Source of the DNA: a bacterium
Lineage (GTDB): Bacteria > Patescibacteriota > Saccharimonadia > Saccharimonadales > UBA4665
Reading direction: 5' to 3'
DNA length: 50,967 nucleotides
NCBI GenBank assembly: GCA_021789195.1
Contig: JAJYJU010000001.1
Coordinates: forward strand, 1 to 50,967
The translations under genes were made by a program, and so were the position numbers. The notes under the pieces were generated by a model. The model was not told the DNA's origin and ran no database searches. It was given only the letters and a program-made list of their open reading frames with translations. The stretch's first letter is position 1. Every line of letters starts with the position of its first letter. Below are positions 9,454 through 17,571 of the stretch, in pieces.

Positions 9454-10080
9454 ATGGGTGATCTAGCGACAACTTCATTATCAATTGCTAAGTCTAATCG
9501 TAAGATTGAGCAGATAGAAAACGACAATACAACGCTGTTCGGGTTTTGGGTATATCTTATGACTGATTGCGTATTGTTCGCCAGTCTGTTTGCGACCTTC
9601 GTCGTATTAAGAAATAACACATTTGGTGGACCGACCGGCGCACAACTGTTCAGTATGCCTTATGTGTTACTTGAAACAATGGCGCTTTTAACCAGCAGCT
9701 TTACTAACGGTTTAGCTCTACTGAGTGCTCAGAAGCGTAAGGTTAAACAAACTCTTTTCTGGATGGGTTTAACGTTTGTGCTGGGTTTAACATTCTTAAG
9801 TCTTGAATTAGCTGAGTTTCATAAGTTTGCTCGAATGGGAGATTCATGGACGCGAAGCGGATTCTTGTCAGCTTATTACACTCTTGTTGGTACGCATGGA
9901 GCCCACATTACAATAGGTTTACTTTGGATGGCGGTAATGGCCTTTTATATATTTAAACGTGGTATTACAAGAGTTAGCTTAAAGCGGATTCGCATGATGA
10001 GTATGTTCTGGCATTTCCTAGATGTAGTCTGGATATTTATCTTTACGATAGTCTATTTGTTTGGAGCCTTACACGCATGA
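9454..10080 (+). CDS. cyoC: Cytochrome bo3-type ubiquinol oxidase subunit III
   Basis: Five-TM protein with FGFWVYLMTDCVLFASLFATF and GTHGAHITIGLLWM blocks typical of CyoC. It starts 2 nt after the cyoB stop. Confidence 0.9.
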   Translation: MGDLATTSLSIAKSNRKIEQIENDNTTLFGFWVYLMTDCVLFASLFATFVVLRNNTFGGPTGAQLFSMPYVLLETMALLTSSFTNGLALLSAQKRKVKQTLFWMGLTFVLGLTFLSLELAEFHKFARMGDSWTRSGFLSAYYTLVGTHGAHITIGLLWMAVMAFYIFKRGITRVSLKRIRMMSMFWHFLDVVWIFIFTIVYLFGALHA

Positions 10081-10508
10081 GTAAAAAACATCCTAACCAT
10101 CATAAGTATCATCTTAGCGGCAATGAACCGCAAGACAGTGAAGCCTTAGTTGAAGTTCAAGAAGAACGTCCGGTATTACTTAAGCACTACATTATTGGAT
10201 TTATAAGTTCGCTGATTCTAACTTTGGTTGCCTATATCATAACCATTAATCATGTAGCAGATAGAAATATTCTATTTATTATTTTAGCTCTTTTGGCGCT
10301 TGGTCAGTTTTTGCTGCAAATGTTTTACTTCTTGCATGTAGGAAGAGAGTTTTCGCCTAAGTTTAAGCTATTAATGGCCAGCTTTATGAGTTTAGTAGTT
10401 ATAATTTTAGTTGGCGGATCGCTTTGGATTATGTTTAATCTTAACGGTCGGGTGATGCCAACCCAAAGCCAAATGGTTAAATATATGAATTCACAGAATA
10501 GTTTATAA
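10077..10508 (+). CDS. cyoD: Cytochrome bo3-type ubiquinol oxidase subunit IV
   Basis: Small 3-TM protein immediately after cyoC (ATGA overlap), with an LLQMFYFLH motif region like CyoD. The N-terminus is about 30 aa longer than usual. Confidence 0.8.
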   Translation: MSKKHPNHHKYHLSGNEPQDSEALVEVQEERPVLLKHYIIGFISSLILTLVAYIITINHVADRNILFIILALLALGQFLLQMFYFLHVGREFSPKFKLLMASFMSLVVIILVGGSLWIMFNLNGRVMPTQSQMVKYMNSQNSL

Positions 10509-11357
10509 ATGGAAAAGATAAAACAATACTATAGGTTAGCCAAGCCTGGTATGGTCTACGGTAATATAATTACTGCTATTGCTGGTTATTTCCTTGCTTC
10601 CAAACTTAACCTTAAACCTATTCAATTCATTGCTATGGTTCTCGGTATATCCTTTGTAATGGGTTCAGCTTGTGCAATTAATAATCTAATTGACCGTGAT
10701 ATTGATTCTGTCATGCAGCGCACTAAAAAACGACCGTCCGTTAATGGATCAATCAAACTTTCTTCAGGTGTAATATATGCCATTATTTTGACTATTTTAG
10801 GATTTAGCTTACTGTTTGCACTGGTTAATATCTTAACTGTTGCAATAGGACTAGTTGGTTTTATAGATTATGCTTTTGTCTATACACTTCTTAAACGCAA
10901 AACTTATCATGCTACTTTAATTGGTAGTATTGCCGGAGCTATGCCAATTATGGGAGGATATGTGGCGTTTTCTGACCATATAAGCATCACTGCTCTGATT
11001 GTTGGTTTAATGATGTTGTTTTGGCAAATGCCGCATTTTTATGCGATTGCATTATATAGGGAGGATGATTACAGAAAAGCGAACATTCCCTTGTTGCCGA
11101 TAGTAAAAAACCAATCTATAACAGCTAAATCAATGTTCGTGTATAACTTGTTATTTATTGCAGCCGCTTTAAGTCTGTATTTCTATGCTGCGTTAAATAT
11201 CTGGTACCTAATTGTGCTTGGGACCGCTTCGATAGTATACCTGGCATATAGCTATAAAGGGCTTAGAATTAAACACTACACCGTCTGGGCCAGGCAAAGT
11301 TTTAAGTATTCGTTACTTTTAGTACTAGTAATGTCAGTAGCTGTAGCTTTAGGCTAG
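10509..11357 (+). CDS. cyoE: Protoheme IX farnesyltransferase (heme O synthase)
   Basis: UbiA-family polytopic protein with NNLIDRDIDSVMQRTKKRP (the Asp-rich NxxxDxxxD motif). It starts directly after the cyoD stop. Confidence 0.9.
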   Translation: MEKIKQYYRLAKPGMVYGNIITAIAGYFLASKLNLKPIQFIAMVLGISFVMGSACAINNLIDRDIDSVMQRTKKRPSVNGSIKLSSGVIYAIILTILGFSLLFALVNILTVAIGLVGFIDYAFVYTLLKRKTYHATLIGSIAGAMPIMGGYVAFSDHISITALIVGLMMLFWQMPHFYAIALYREDDYRKANIPLLPIVKNQSITAKSMFVYNLLFIAAALSLYFYAALNIWYLIVLGTASIVYLAYSYKGLRIKHYTVWARQSFKYSLLLVLVMSVAVALG

Positions 11358-12358
11358 ATAGCCGGCCAGTCGACTCTTACGGTTGTGCCTTTGTTGGGCG
11401 CACTGGTAATAATAATGTTGGCTTTATGAATGTCGGCGATCAGTTTGGCAATTGATAATCCCAGGCCAAAACCGCCATCACCGCTGCGTGAAGCATCACC
11501 TCTATAAAAACGGTCAAATATATGATCCAGATTATCTTCAGATATGCCACTCCCCTGGTCGATAATGCTAATTGAGTTTAAACCGTTTGCGTTAGCTAAG
11601 TTTAAATTGATCCTAGTCTTATTAGGGCTGTATTTTATTGCGTTATCTAAGAATATGACAATCATTTGCACAATGTTGTCGCTATCCCCTTTGATTTTAA
11701 GCTCGCTCGTGCCGGGTTTGTTAATTTTGAGAGTAATCTTTTTAGCATCGGCTTGAGCTTTAACTAACATAACAGCTTCATTAGTCAGTTTGTTCAAGCT
11801 AACGATTTTAAATTGGGCTTGTAGGTCTTTTGCTTCTAATAATGATAGTTTCATTAAGTTATTAATTAGAGATTCAAGCTTGGTTGCTTCTTCAATATTG
11901 CTGTTAATGACTCGTCTAAGTTCAGATGCTTCCAGCTTCTTATCCATAAGAGCTACTTCTGATTCCATCCGTAGGGCAGTTAAAGGTGTTCTTAGCTCAT
12001 GGCTTACATCAGCTACGAAGCGGACTTGTTGTTCATGAGTTTCTTCAATTGGCTTTAGGGTTTCACGAGCTAAGACGTAGCTTATTATTCCACCACCTAC
12101 CAATACGATTAGATTTGTTAGAATAAGCTCATCAAGCAGGTGTGTTTTACCGGCATCAAGAGATACAATGTCCGGCTGACCGAAACGGGTGCCACTAAAA
12201 ATTGGGAATGCGGTGGACAATTCCCTGGACTCTCTACCTAAGACAAAGGACAAATTATCCGATCCGACCCTGTAAACGACTGATGAAAACAGCAAGCTAA
12301 TAATTAAAAGCACTCCAAGGTATGACAAAGTTAATTTAAATGTAGCGCTCTTAAACAT
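11354..12358 (-). CDS. Sensor histidine kinase (2 TM, HisKA plus HATPase_c)
   Basis: H-box VSHELRTPLT, N-box FLDNAIKYS, and G-boxes DQGSGI and GGFGLGLSI. It is downstream of and coupled to an OmpR-type regulator. Confidence 0.9.
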   Translation of the reverse strand: MFKSATFKLTLSYLGVLLIISLLFSSVVYRVGSDNLSFVLGRESRELSTAFPIFSGTRFGQPDIVSLDAGKTHLLDELILTNLIVLVGGGIISYVLARETLKPIEETHEQQVRFVADVSHELRTPLTALRMESEVALMDKKLEASELRRVINSNIEEATKLESLINNLMKLSLLEAKDLQAQFKIVSLNKLTNEAVMLVKAQADAKKITLKINKPGTSELKIKGDSDNIVQMIVIFLDNAIKYSPNKTRINLNLANANGLNSISIIDQGSGISEDNLDHIFDRFYRGDASRSGDGGFGLGLSIAKLIADIHKANIIITSAPNKGTTVRVDWPAI

Positions 12359-12373
12359 GATTTTTAGTTTAGA

Positions 12374-13054
12374 TTAACTGCGACTTAGCTTATAGCCAAA
12401 GCCTCTTACGGTATTGATTAAGGCCGGACGATTTGGAAAGGCCCGGTCAATCTTGGCTCTTAGATAACCTATATATACCTCTACCGTATTGGGCATTACT
12501 ATAGCATCTTCATTCCAGACATGGTTAATAATCATGTCTTTAGTTAAAATTTGCTCAGCGTGTCTTATGAAATAATCTAAAAGAGCGAACTCCTTATTAG
12601 ACAGTTTTATAGACTTGCCTGCTCGTTTAACTTCATACTTTGCAGGGTCGAGCGATAAGTCTTCGTATTTTAAAACAGCCGAGTTTGGGATTGGCGGACG
12701 TCTCATTAGAGCCTGCATCCGGGCAACTAATTCTGAGAAAGAAAAAGGTTTAACTAAATAATCATCTACGCCGGCATTTAATCCTTCTACTTTGTCGGCA
12801 ATGCTTCCCCTGGCAGTGAGAATTAAAATAGGCGCTTTTTGGCCTTCTGATCTAACTTTTCTTGCTATGTCTAGACCATCTTTATTGCCAGGTAACATGC
12901 GGTCTAAGATAATAATGTCGTAGTCTGGATCGATTGCGTAACTAAGCCCACTGTCTGCGTCTGCTACGGTATCTACGGCGTAGCCTTTTAGCTCTAGCCC
13001 CCGCTTAACCGCACTTGCTATTTTCTCTTCGTCTTCAACTAATAAAACGCGCAT
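12374..13054 (-). CDS. OmpR/PhoB-family response regulator
   Basis: Receiver domain (DIIILDRMLPG, KPF) plus a C-terminal winged-helix (LSNKEFALLDYF..., VRGFGYKL). Confidence 0.92.
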   Translation of the reverse strand: MRVLLVEDEEKIASAVKRGLELKGYAVDTVADADSGLSYAIDPDYDIIILDRMLPGNKDGLDIARKVRSEGQKAPILILTARGSIADKVEGLNAGVDDYLVKPFSFSELVARMQALMRRPPIPNSAVLKYEDLSLDPAKYEVKRAGKSIKLSNKEFALLDYFIRHAEQILTKDMIINHVWNEDAIVMPNTVEVYIGYLRAKIDRAFPNRPALINTVRGFGYKLSRS

Positions 13055-13067
13055 ATTTATATGGCTT

Positions 13068-13102
13068 TAACTGTTAAGTAAAGCTCCTGTTTATAACTGT
13101 TA
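13068..13102. promoter_or_regulatory. Direct repeat TAACTGTTA x2 in the promoter region of the response regulator / kinase operon
   Basis: Exact 9-mers at 13068-13076 and 13094-13102, 26 bp apart, lie within the 87-bp intergenic region upstream of the OmpR-family gene start (13054). Confidence 0.3.
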
Positions 13103-13141
13103 GTATATGACAATGCTTGAAAAATAGCTGTATACAGCGGA

Positions 13142-14035
13142 TTAGGTAATTTTCTTATTAGCTTTAAAGCGGTTGTTGGCATGTGTACTTATCATGACTA
13201 TAAATAGCCCGACTATAAAGACCAAAAATACTCCCCGGTCGATTATGTTAGCAGCTACTATCTGTGAGTTAGTAAAGCCGTGCATACGTTTTGATACAGA
13301 CAAGAAGGCTTCCCTGAAACCAATTGCCCCTGGAGTTATAGCCGTAAAAATGGAAAAGTTAGCTGCCCCGGTGTAGCTGATGGCGCGCAGTGGGTTTAAA
13401 TTGCCGGTTACTTGGTTTAGCTCAATGTAGTAAATGAGTGCCTGCAAGCTTACTTGAGCGATAGTAAATAGTACTAGTTTGTAGAGTTTTGCTCGGCTTA
13501 GGTCTAATTTAATTGGCTTGTTTAGTCGTTTAAAATGTTTTAAAGCCAATTTTATGACAAGGTAAGAAAATAGGGCGACGGCCACGGCCATGGGCAAAAT
13601 TAACCAAAAGTAATGCTTGGGAGTAAAAACCAATATGATGCTTATTACAGCGTAAATGGCGTAATAAATTAGAAAAGCTATTATGTATGAAGATACTGAA
13701 ACTTTGTGTTTGCGCTTTAAATAACCGGCCCGGACAGCTATGCCGCCTTGCAATGGCATAAAGAAGTTAGTGAGTGTTGAGTATATGCTTAAAAGTAAGT
13801 TCTCTTTTGGTTTTAGTTTGTCGGAGCAAAGATGAAGGATTGCATTATATAGAGTCATTAAAACTAAAAGCATTAGTCCGTAACAGGCTAAAAGAATTAT
13901 AAGCAGCCATACGTTAATGTGTTTCAGTTCAGATACTATTGCCTGATGGCTATTTATGTAATACCCAAACATTCCCAGGATTAATGCAAAAAATATATAT
14001 CCGGCAATAAGTTTAGTTCGTTTGGAAATCTTCAT
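13142..14035 (-). CDS. UPF0104 / LPG_synthase_TM family membrane protein (MprF flippase-domain-like)
   Basis: About 8 TM helices and a TPGAIGFREAFL motif, the family hallmark (t-P-G-g-l-G-x-x-E). Confidence 0.65.
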   Translation of the reverse strand: MKISKRTKLIAGYIFFALILGMFGYYINSHQAIVSELKHINVWLLIILLACYGLMLLVLMTLYNAILHLCSDKLKPKENLLLSIYSTLTNFFMPLQGGIAVRAGYLKRKHKVSVSSYIIAFLIYYAIYAVISIILVFTPKHYFWLILPMAVAVALFSYLVIKLALKHFKRLNKPIKLDLSRAKLYKLVLFTIAQVSLQALIYYIELNQVTGNLNPLRAISYTGAANFSIFTAITPGAIGFREAFLSVSKRMHGFTNSQIVAANIIDRGVFLVFIVGLFIVMISTHANNRFKANKKIT

Positions 14036-14127
14036 CGTAAACTACTATACCCTACTTATATAGACAACAAATAAAATTGTTATGGTAGCTATAGGCAATA
14101 AGCCAGTGTAAAATTAGAGGTACAGAT

Positions 14128-14826
14128 ATGGCACGAGATATCTACGCCAAATCGATGGAGAACTTTATTGGCAAGTTTCCAACCAAAACTTTCCATAAAG
14201 GCGAAATTATAATTTTCCAAGGCGAGTCTCCGCGTGGAACGTATGTAGTTAAAAGTGGCGTCGTAAAAGCATATAACCTCAGTATTCACGGAGATGAAAA
14301 ACCAGTTGGTTTTTATAACGAGGGCGAAAGTTTTCCAGGTAGCTGGACTTATGAAAGAGTACCGAGTTCTATTTATTATTATGAAGCGTTTACGAACGAA
14401 TGTGTCCTATATTTAGTACCGAGAAATGAATTCCTGGTATTTGTTAGAACACATCCTTTCATGGCTCTAGCGGAACTTGATCATTACGTTAAGCACACAA
14501 TTAGTTTGTCGATGCAACTTAATGCGCTTCAACACTCTAGGGCAAATGAAAAATTAATGTATACCCTGCACTACCTTGCTTTAACTTATGGCAAGCCGCT
14601 AAAAGATCGTCAGCGGGAGATAGAATTACATTTGACGCATCAAGACTTTGCTAATTTAACAGGACTTACAAGAGAAACTGCTGCAACAGAGCTAAACAAA
14701 TTAAAGCATCTAGGCGTAATTAATTACGCTAACAACATGCCATATGTGGTAGATTTAGATCAATTGCAGAAAATCTTAAAAGACCAATACATTTCCGAAC
14801 TAGATTCTGAGTACACTAACGATTAA
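14128..14826 (+). CDS. Crp/Fnr-family transcriptional regulator (cNMP-binding-like domain plus C-terminal HTH; no Fnr Cys cluster)
   Basis: Beta-barrel effector domain (FHKGEIIIFQGESPRGTYVVKSGVVK) and HTH THQDFANLTGLTRETAATELNKLKHLGVI. SD AGAGG lies upstream. Confidence 0.85.
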   Translation: MARDIYAKSMENFIGKFPTKTFHKGEIIIFQGESPRGTYVVKSGVVKAYNLSIHGDEKPVGFYNEGESFPGSWTYERVPSSIYYYEAFTNECVLYLVPRNEFLVFVRTHPFMALAELDHYVKHTISLSMQLNALQHSRANEKLMYTLHYLALTYGKPLKDRQREIELHLTHQDFANLTGLTRETAATELNKLKHLGVINYANNMPYVVDLDQLQKILKDQYISELDSEYTND

Positions 14827-15223
14827 TAGGTTGTTTGATCTTGGCTTTAGCTTTATTAGACTCTTCTAGAACATCATTAACTACTTTTGTTAGATTCTGA
14901 GGTGCCGTCCAGGATTTTATAATGCATCTTGACGCGCCTAGATCGTAAGCCTGTGTAACTTCAGGCGAATTTTCCATATTAGTAAAAATTAATACCTTGA
15001 CGTCTTTATGCTTTTTAAGCTGGTACTTTTGGAGTAGTTCAAGCCCGCCCATTACCGGCATTAACAAATCAAGAAGGATTAAATCTGGAGTGTAGTCGTT
15101 TAGAATCTTCAGTGCTTCAACACCGTTTAAAGCGGTTTTTACTTTATGCTTGGCACTTTCTAAGATCAACTTATATGCAGCGTTTAAATCACGGTCATCT
15201 TCGACTACAAGTATATCAGCCAT
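14816..15223 (-). CDS. Single-domain (CheY-like) response regulator
   Basis: Receiver motifs ILVVEDD, DLILLDLLMP and a conserved Lys in IIKSW. No output domain. It lies directly downstream of the PAS kinase. Confidence 0.9.
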   Translation of the reverse strand: MADILVVEDDRDLNAAYKLILESAKHKVKTALNGVEALKILNDYTPDLILLDLLMPVMGGLELLQKYQLKKHKDVKVLIFTNMENSPEVTQAYDLGASRCIIKSWTAPQNLTKVVNDVLEESNKAKAKIKQPINR

Positions 15224-15253
15224 ATTGTTTATCTAGTCTCCCTACAATACATA

Positions 15254-16495
15254 TTATGCCACAGTCTTTCTTACTTTAGCTGTCACATTCTTCACTTTTC
15301 GTGGGCTAATGTGTTTAAGTGTGCTCGTGTTAGATGCTTTGGTCGGAAAAGACAAATAAAAAGTAGTTCCCTTACCTTCTTGACTCTCAAACCAAACTTC
15401 TCCACCGAGTTCATTCATTAATCCCTTGACCAGGTAGAGACCGAGACCAATACCGGACGCTTCATTTTTAATGACGTTTTCAGCTCTGAAGAATTTGCTA
15501 AAAACGTTTAAATGCGAATCTATTGGTATGCCAACGCCGGTATCTGACACACTTATGATCATGCGCGTTTTATCTCTTTTGGCGGATATAGTAATTTTGC
15601 CTTTCGACGGTGTGTACTTAATTGCATTAGAGACCAAGTTACCCAAAACTTCTTTTAAAACCATGCCGTCAGTTACTAAACGGAAACCATCAGACGGGCA
15701 GTTAACACTAAAGGTTATGTCTTTGTCTGATGCGGTGAGACGGTGATCGTCTATAACAGAGTTTATAATCTTTTGGGCTTGCAATGGCTTACGCTCGGCT
15801 ACTATAGTGCCACTTTCAATTCTAGATATGTTAAGTAGTGTTGAAACTGTTTCGTTCATTCTATTTACTGCAGTTAGGATTGTTTTTAAAGATTTAAGTT
15901 GGGATTGCGATAAAGGGCCCATCATTCCATCTATCAGCATATGGGTATATGTCTTTACAGCCGACAGAGGTGTGCGCAGTTGATGTGAAGCTAGAGATAT
16001 GAAGTCACTTTTCATTTTATCTATCTCATATTCAGAACTAATATCTCTAAGGATTTGAATACAGCCAACTAACTTCTTGTTTATGTTAATTGGCGAAATA
16101 GTGAGGGATAATCTAACTAAACTACCGTTCTTATGTTTGTAAATTACGTGCTCTGAAATTATCTGGCCGGTTACTAAGGCTCGAGTTAAAGGTCGTTCGG
16201 TAATTGGCATTTGAGCGCCGTTGCTATCGTAGGCTGTAAATAGCTTAGGAAACCAAATACCGACTACTTCTTTAGATGAGTAGCCAAGTAATTTTTCAGC
16301 TACCGGATTAATACGAGTTAATTTGCCGTATTCGTCGGTCGTGATTGCTCCGTCACCAATGCTATTAAATAGAACTTCAGTAATTATCTGTTGGCTTTCA
16401 GCTTGGCTTGTTTGATCAGACATCGATTTAATTATATGACCCATTAAATGTGATTTTGTGCATAAAATCTTACTGCGTGTCATAATGCAATACAA
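15254..16495 (-). CDS. Cytoplasmic PAS-domain sensor histidine kinase
   Basis: PAS region (FNSIGDGAITTDEYGKLTRINPVAEKLLGYS), H-box ASHQLRTPLS, N-box LVSNAIKYT, G-boxes DTGVGI and GIGLGLY. The start is uncertain: TTG 16495, or ATG 16483, 16444 or 16423. Confidence 0.88.
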   Translation of the reverse strand: MYCIMTRSKILCTKSHLMGHIIKSMSDQTSQAESQQIITEVLFNSIGDGAITTDEYGKLTRINPVAEKLLGYSSKEVVGIWFPKLFTAYDSNGAQMPITERPLTRALVTGQIISEHVIYKHKNGSLVRLSLTISPININKKLVGCIQILRDISSEYEIDKMKSDFISLASHQLRTPLSAVKTYTHMLIDGMMGPLSQSQLKSLKTILTAVNRMNETVSTLLNISRIESGTIVAERKPLQAQKIINSVIDDHRLTASDKDITFSVNCPSDGFRLVTDGMVLKEVLGNLVSNAIKYTPSKGKITISAKRDKTRMIISVSDTGVGIPIDSHLNVFSKFFRAENVIKNEASGIGLGLYLVKGLMNELGGEVWFESQEGKGTTFYLSFPTKASNTSTLKHISPRKVKNVTAKVRKTVA

Positions 16496-16515
16496 GAGCT
16501 GTATAAAATCTAATT

Positions 16516-17505
16516 ATGAGCGAATTAAAACACAAATTTAGTCTTGGTCGTCACTCAAAGACCGCTAAGCGATCAGTGGTATTAATGATATTAGGTTTAG
16601 TTGTGTTGTATGGTGTTATGCCGAACTTGCACTCATTGTTTGGATTAAATCTCTATCTTAAGTTCCCAAAAAGATGGGAATTTTTGCTATTTGCCGTTTT
16701 AAGCTATTACTTAACTTACATTTTCTCATCGATTAGCTATAGATTGTTGGCAATTAGAAAACTTAATTTGGCCAGATTAGCGCTCGTACAGCTTGCAAGC
16801 TCAACACTAAATCTGTTGTTGCCAGCCGGTATAGGTAATATTAGTATCAACTACCTTTATTTAAGAACCCATCAATTAGCAAAAACTACTGCCGGTTTAG
16901 TAATTGGCATCAATAACGGTCTTGGCGTAGTTGGTAACGTATCGTTACTTGCCCTATGGCTGTCGTTGTACGGAGTTAATAACAGCTTGATACATATAGT
17001 AGATAAACACTATAAGACACTGATAATAATTGGAACACTGGCAGTATTAGTAATTGTAATATTAGTTTTGTTCTTAAGTAGTGCTGTCACAATCGCTAAG
17101 AACTTAAGGCGCAACATTGCTGCCGTGCTGGTTAGATATACCGAGTATAAGCGATGGCATAGGTTGGTTGGCGCTTATTTATGTGCCATTGGCCAGGCTA
17201 GCGTTACAGCTTTGGCATTTTGGTTTGCTCTAAAGGCATTTAATATTAACTTAGCCTATCCGCTCGTATATTTAATCTACTCGCTCAGTGCGCTGGTTGG
17301 AGGGTTCTTCCCTACTCCGGGTGGTTTAGGAGGAGTTGAAGCTAGTTTAGCGGCAGGAGTTATAGCAGTGCACGGCGCCGATACATCTATTGCGTTAAGT
17401 GCAGTACTCGGCTATAGATTTGTTACTTATTGGTTACCGGCTTTAACTGGATCAATAGCTTTGTTTATTGTTCAGAAAACTAAGATGATCGAGTGGAACA
17501 GTTAG
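16516..17505 (+). CDS. UPF0104 / LPG_synthase_TM family membrane protein (second paralog)
   Basis: Polytopic protein. FFPTPGGLGGVEASLAAG and LGYRFVTYWLP are typical of the family. Confidence 0.7.
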   Translation: MSELKHKFSLGRHSKTAKRSVVLMILGLVVLYGVMPNLHSLFGLNLYLKFPKRWEFLLFAVLSYYLTYIFSSISYRLLAIRKLNLARLALVQLASSTLNLLLPAGIGNISINYLYLRTHQLAKTTAGLVIGINNGLGVVGNVSLLALWLSLYGVNNSLIHIVDKHYKTLIIIGTLAVLVIVILVLFLSSAVTIAKNLRRNIAAVLVRYTEYKRWHRLVGAYLCAIGQASVTALAFWFALKAFNINLAYPLVYLIYSLSALVGGFFPTPGGLGGVEASLAAGVIAVHGADTSIALSAVLGYRFVTYWLPALTGSIALFIVQKTKMIEWNS

Positions 17506-17571
17506 AATTTTAACTGGTAATTTAGCCTTACTCGTGCCTATATTTAGCTAATGTAGCATTAGAGGATAAGG

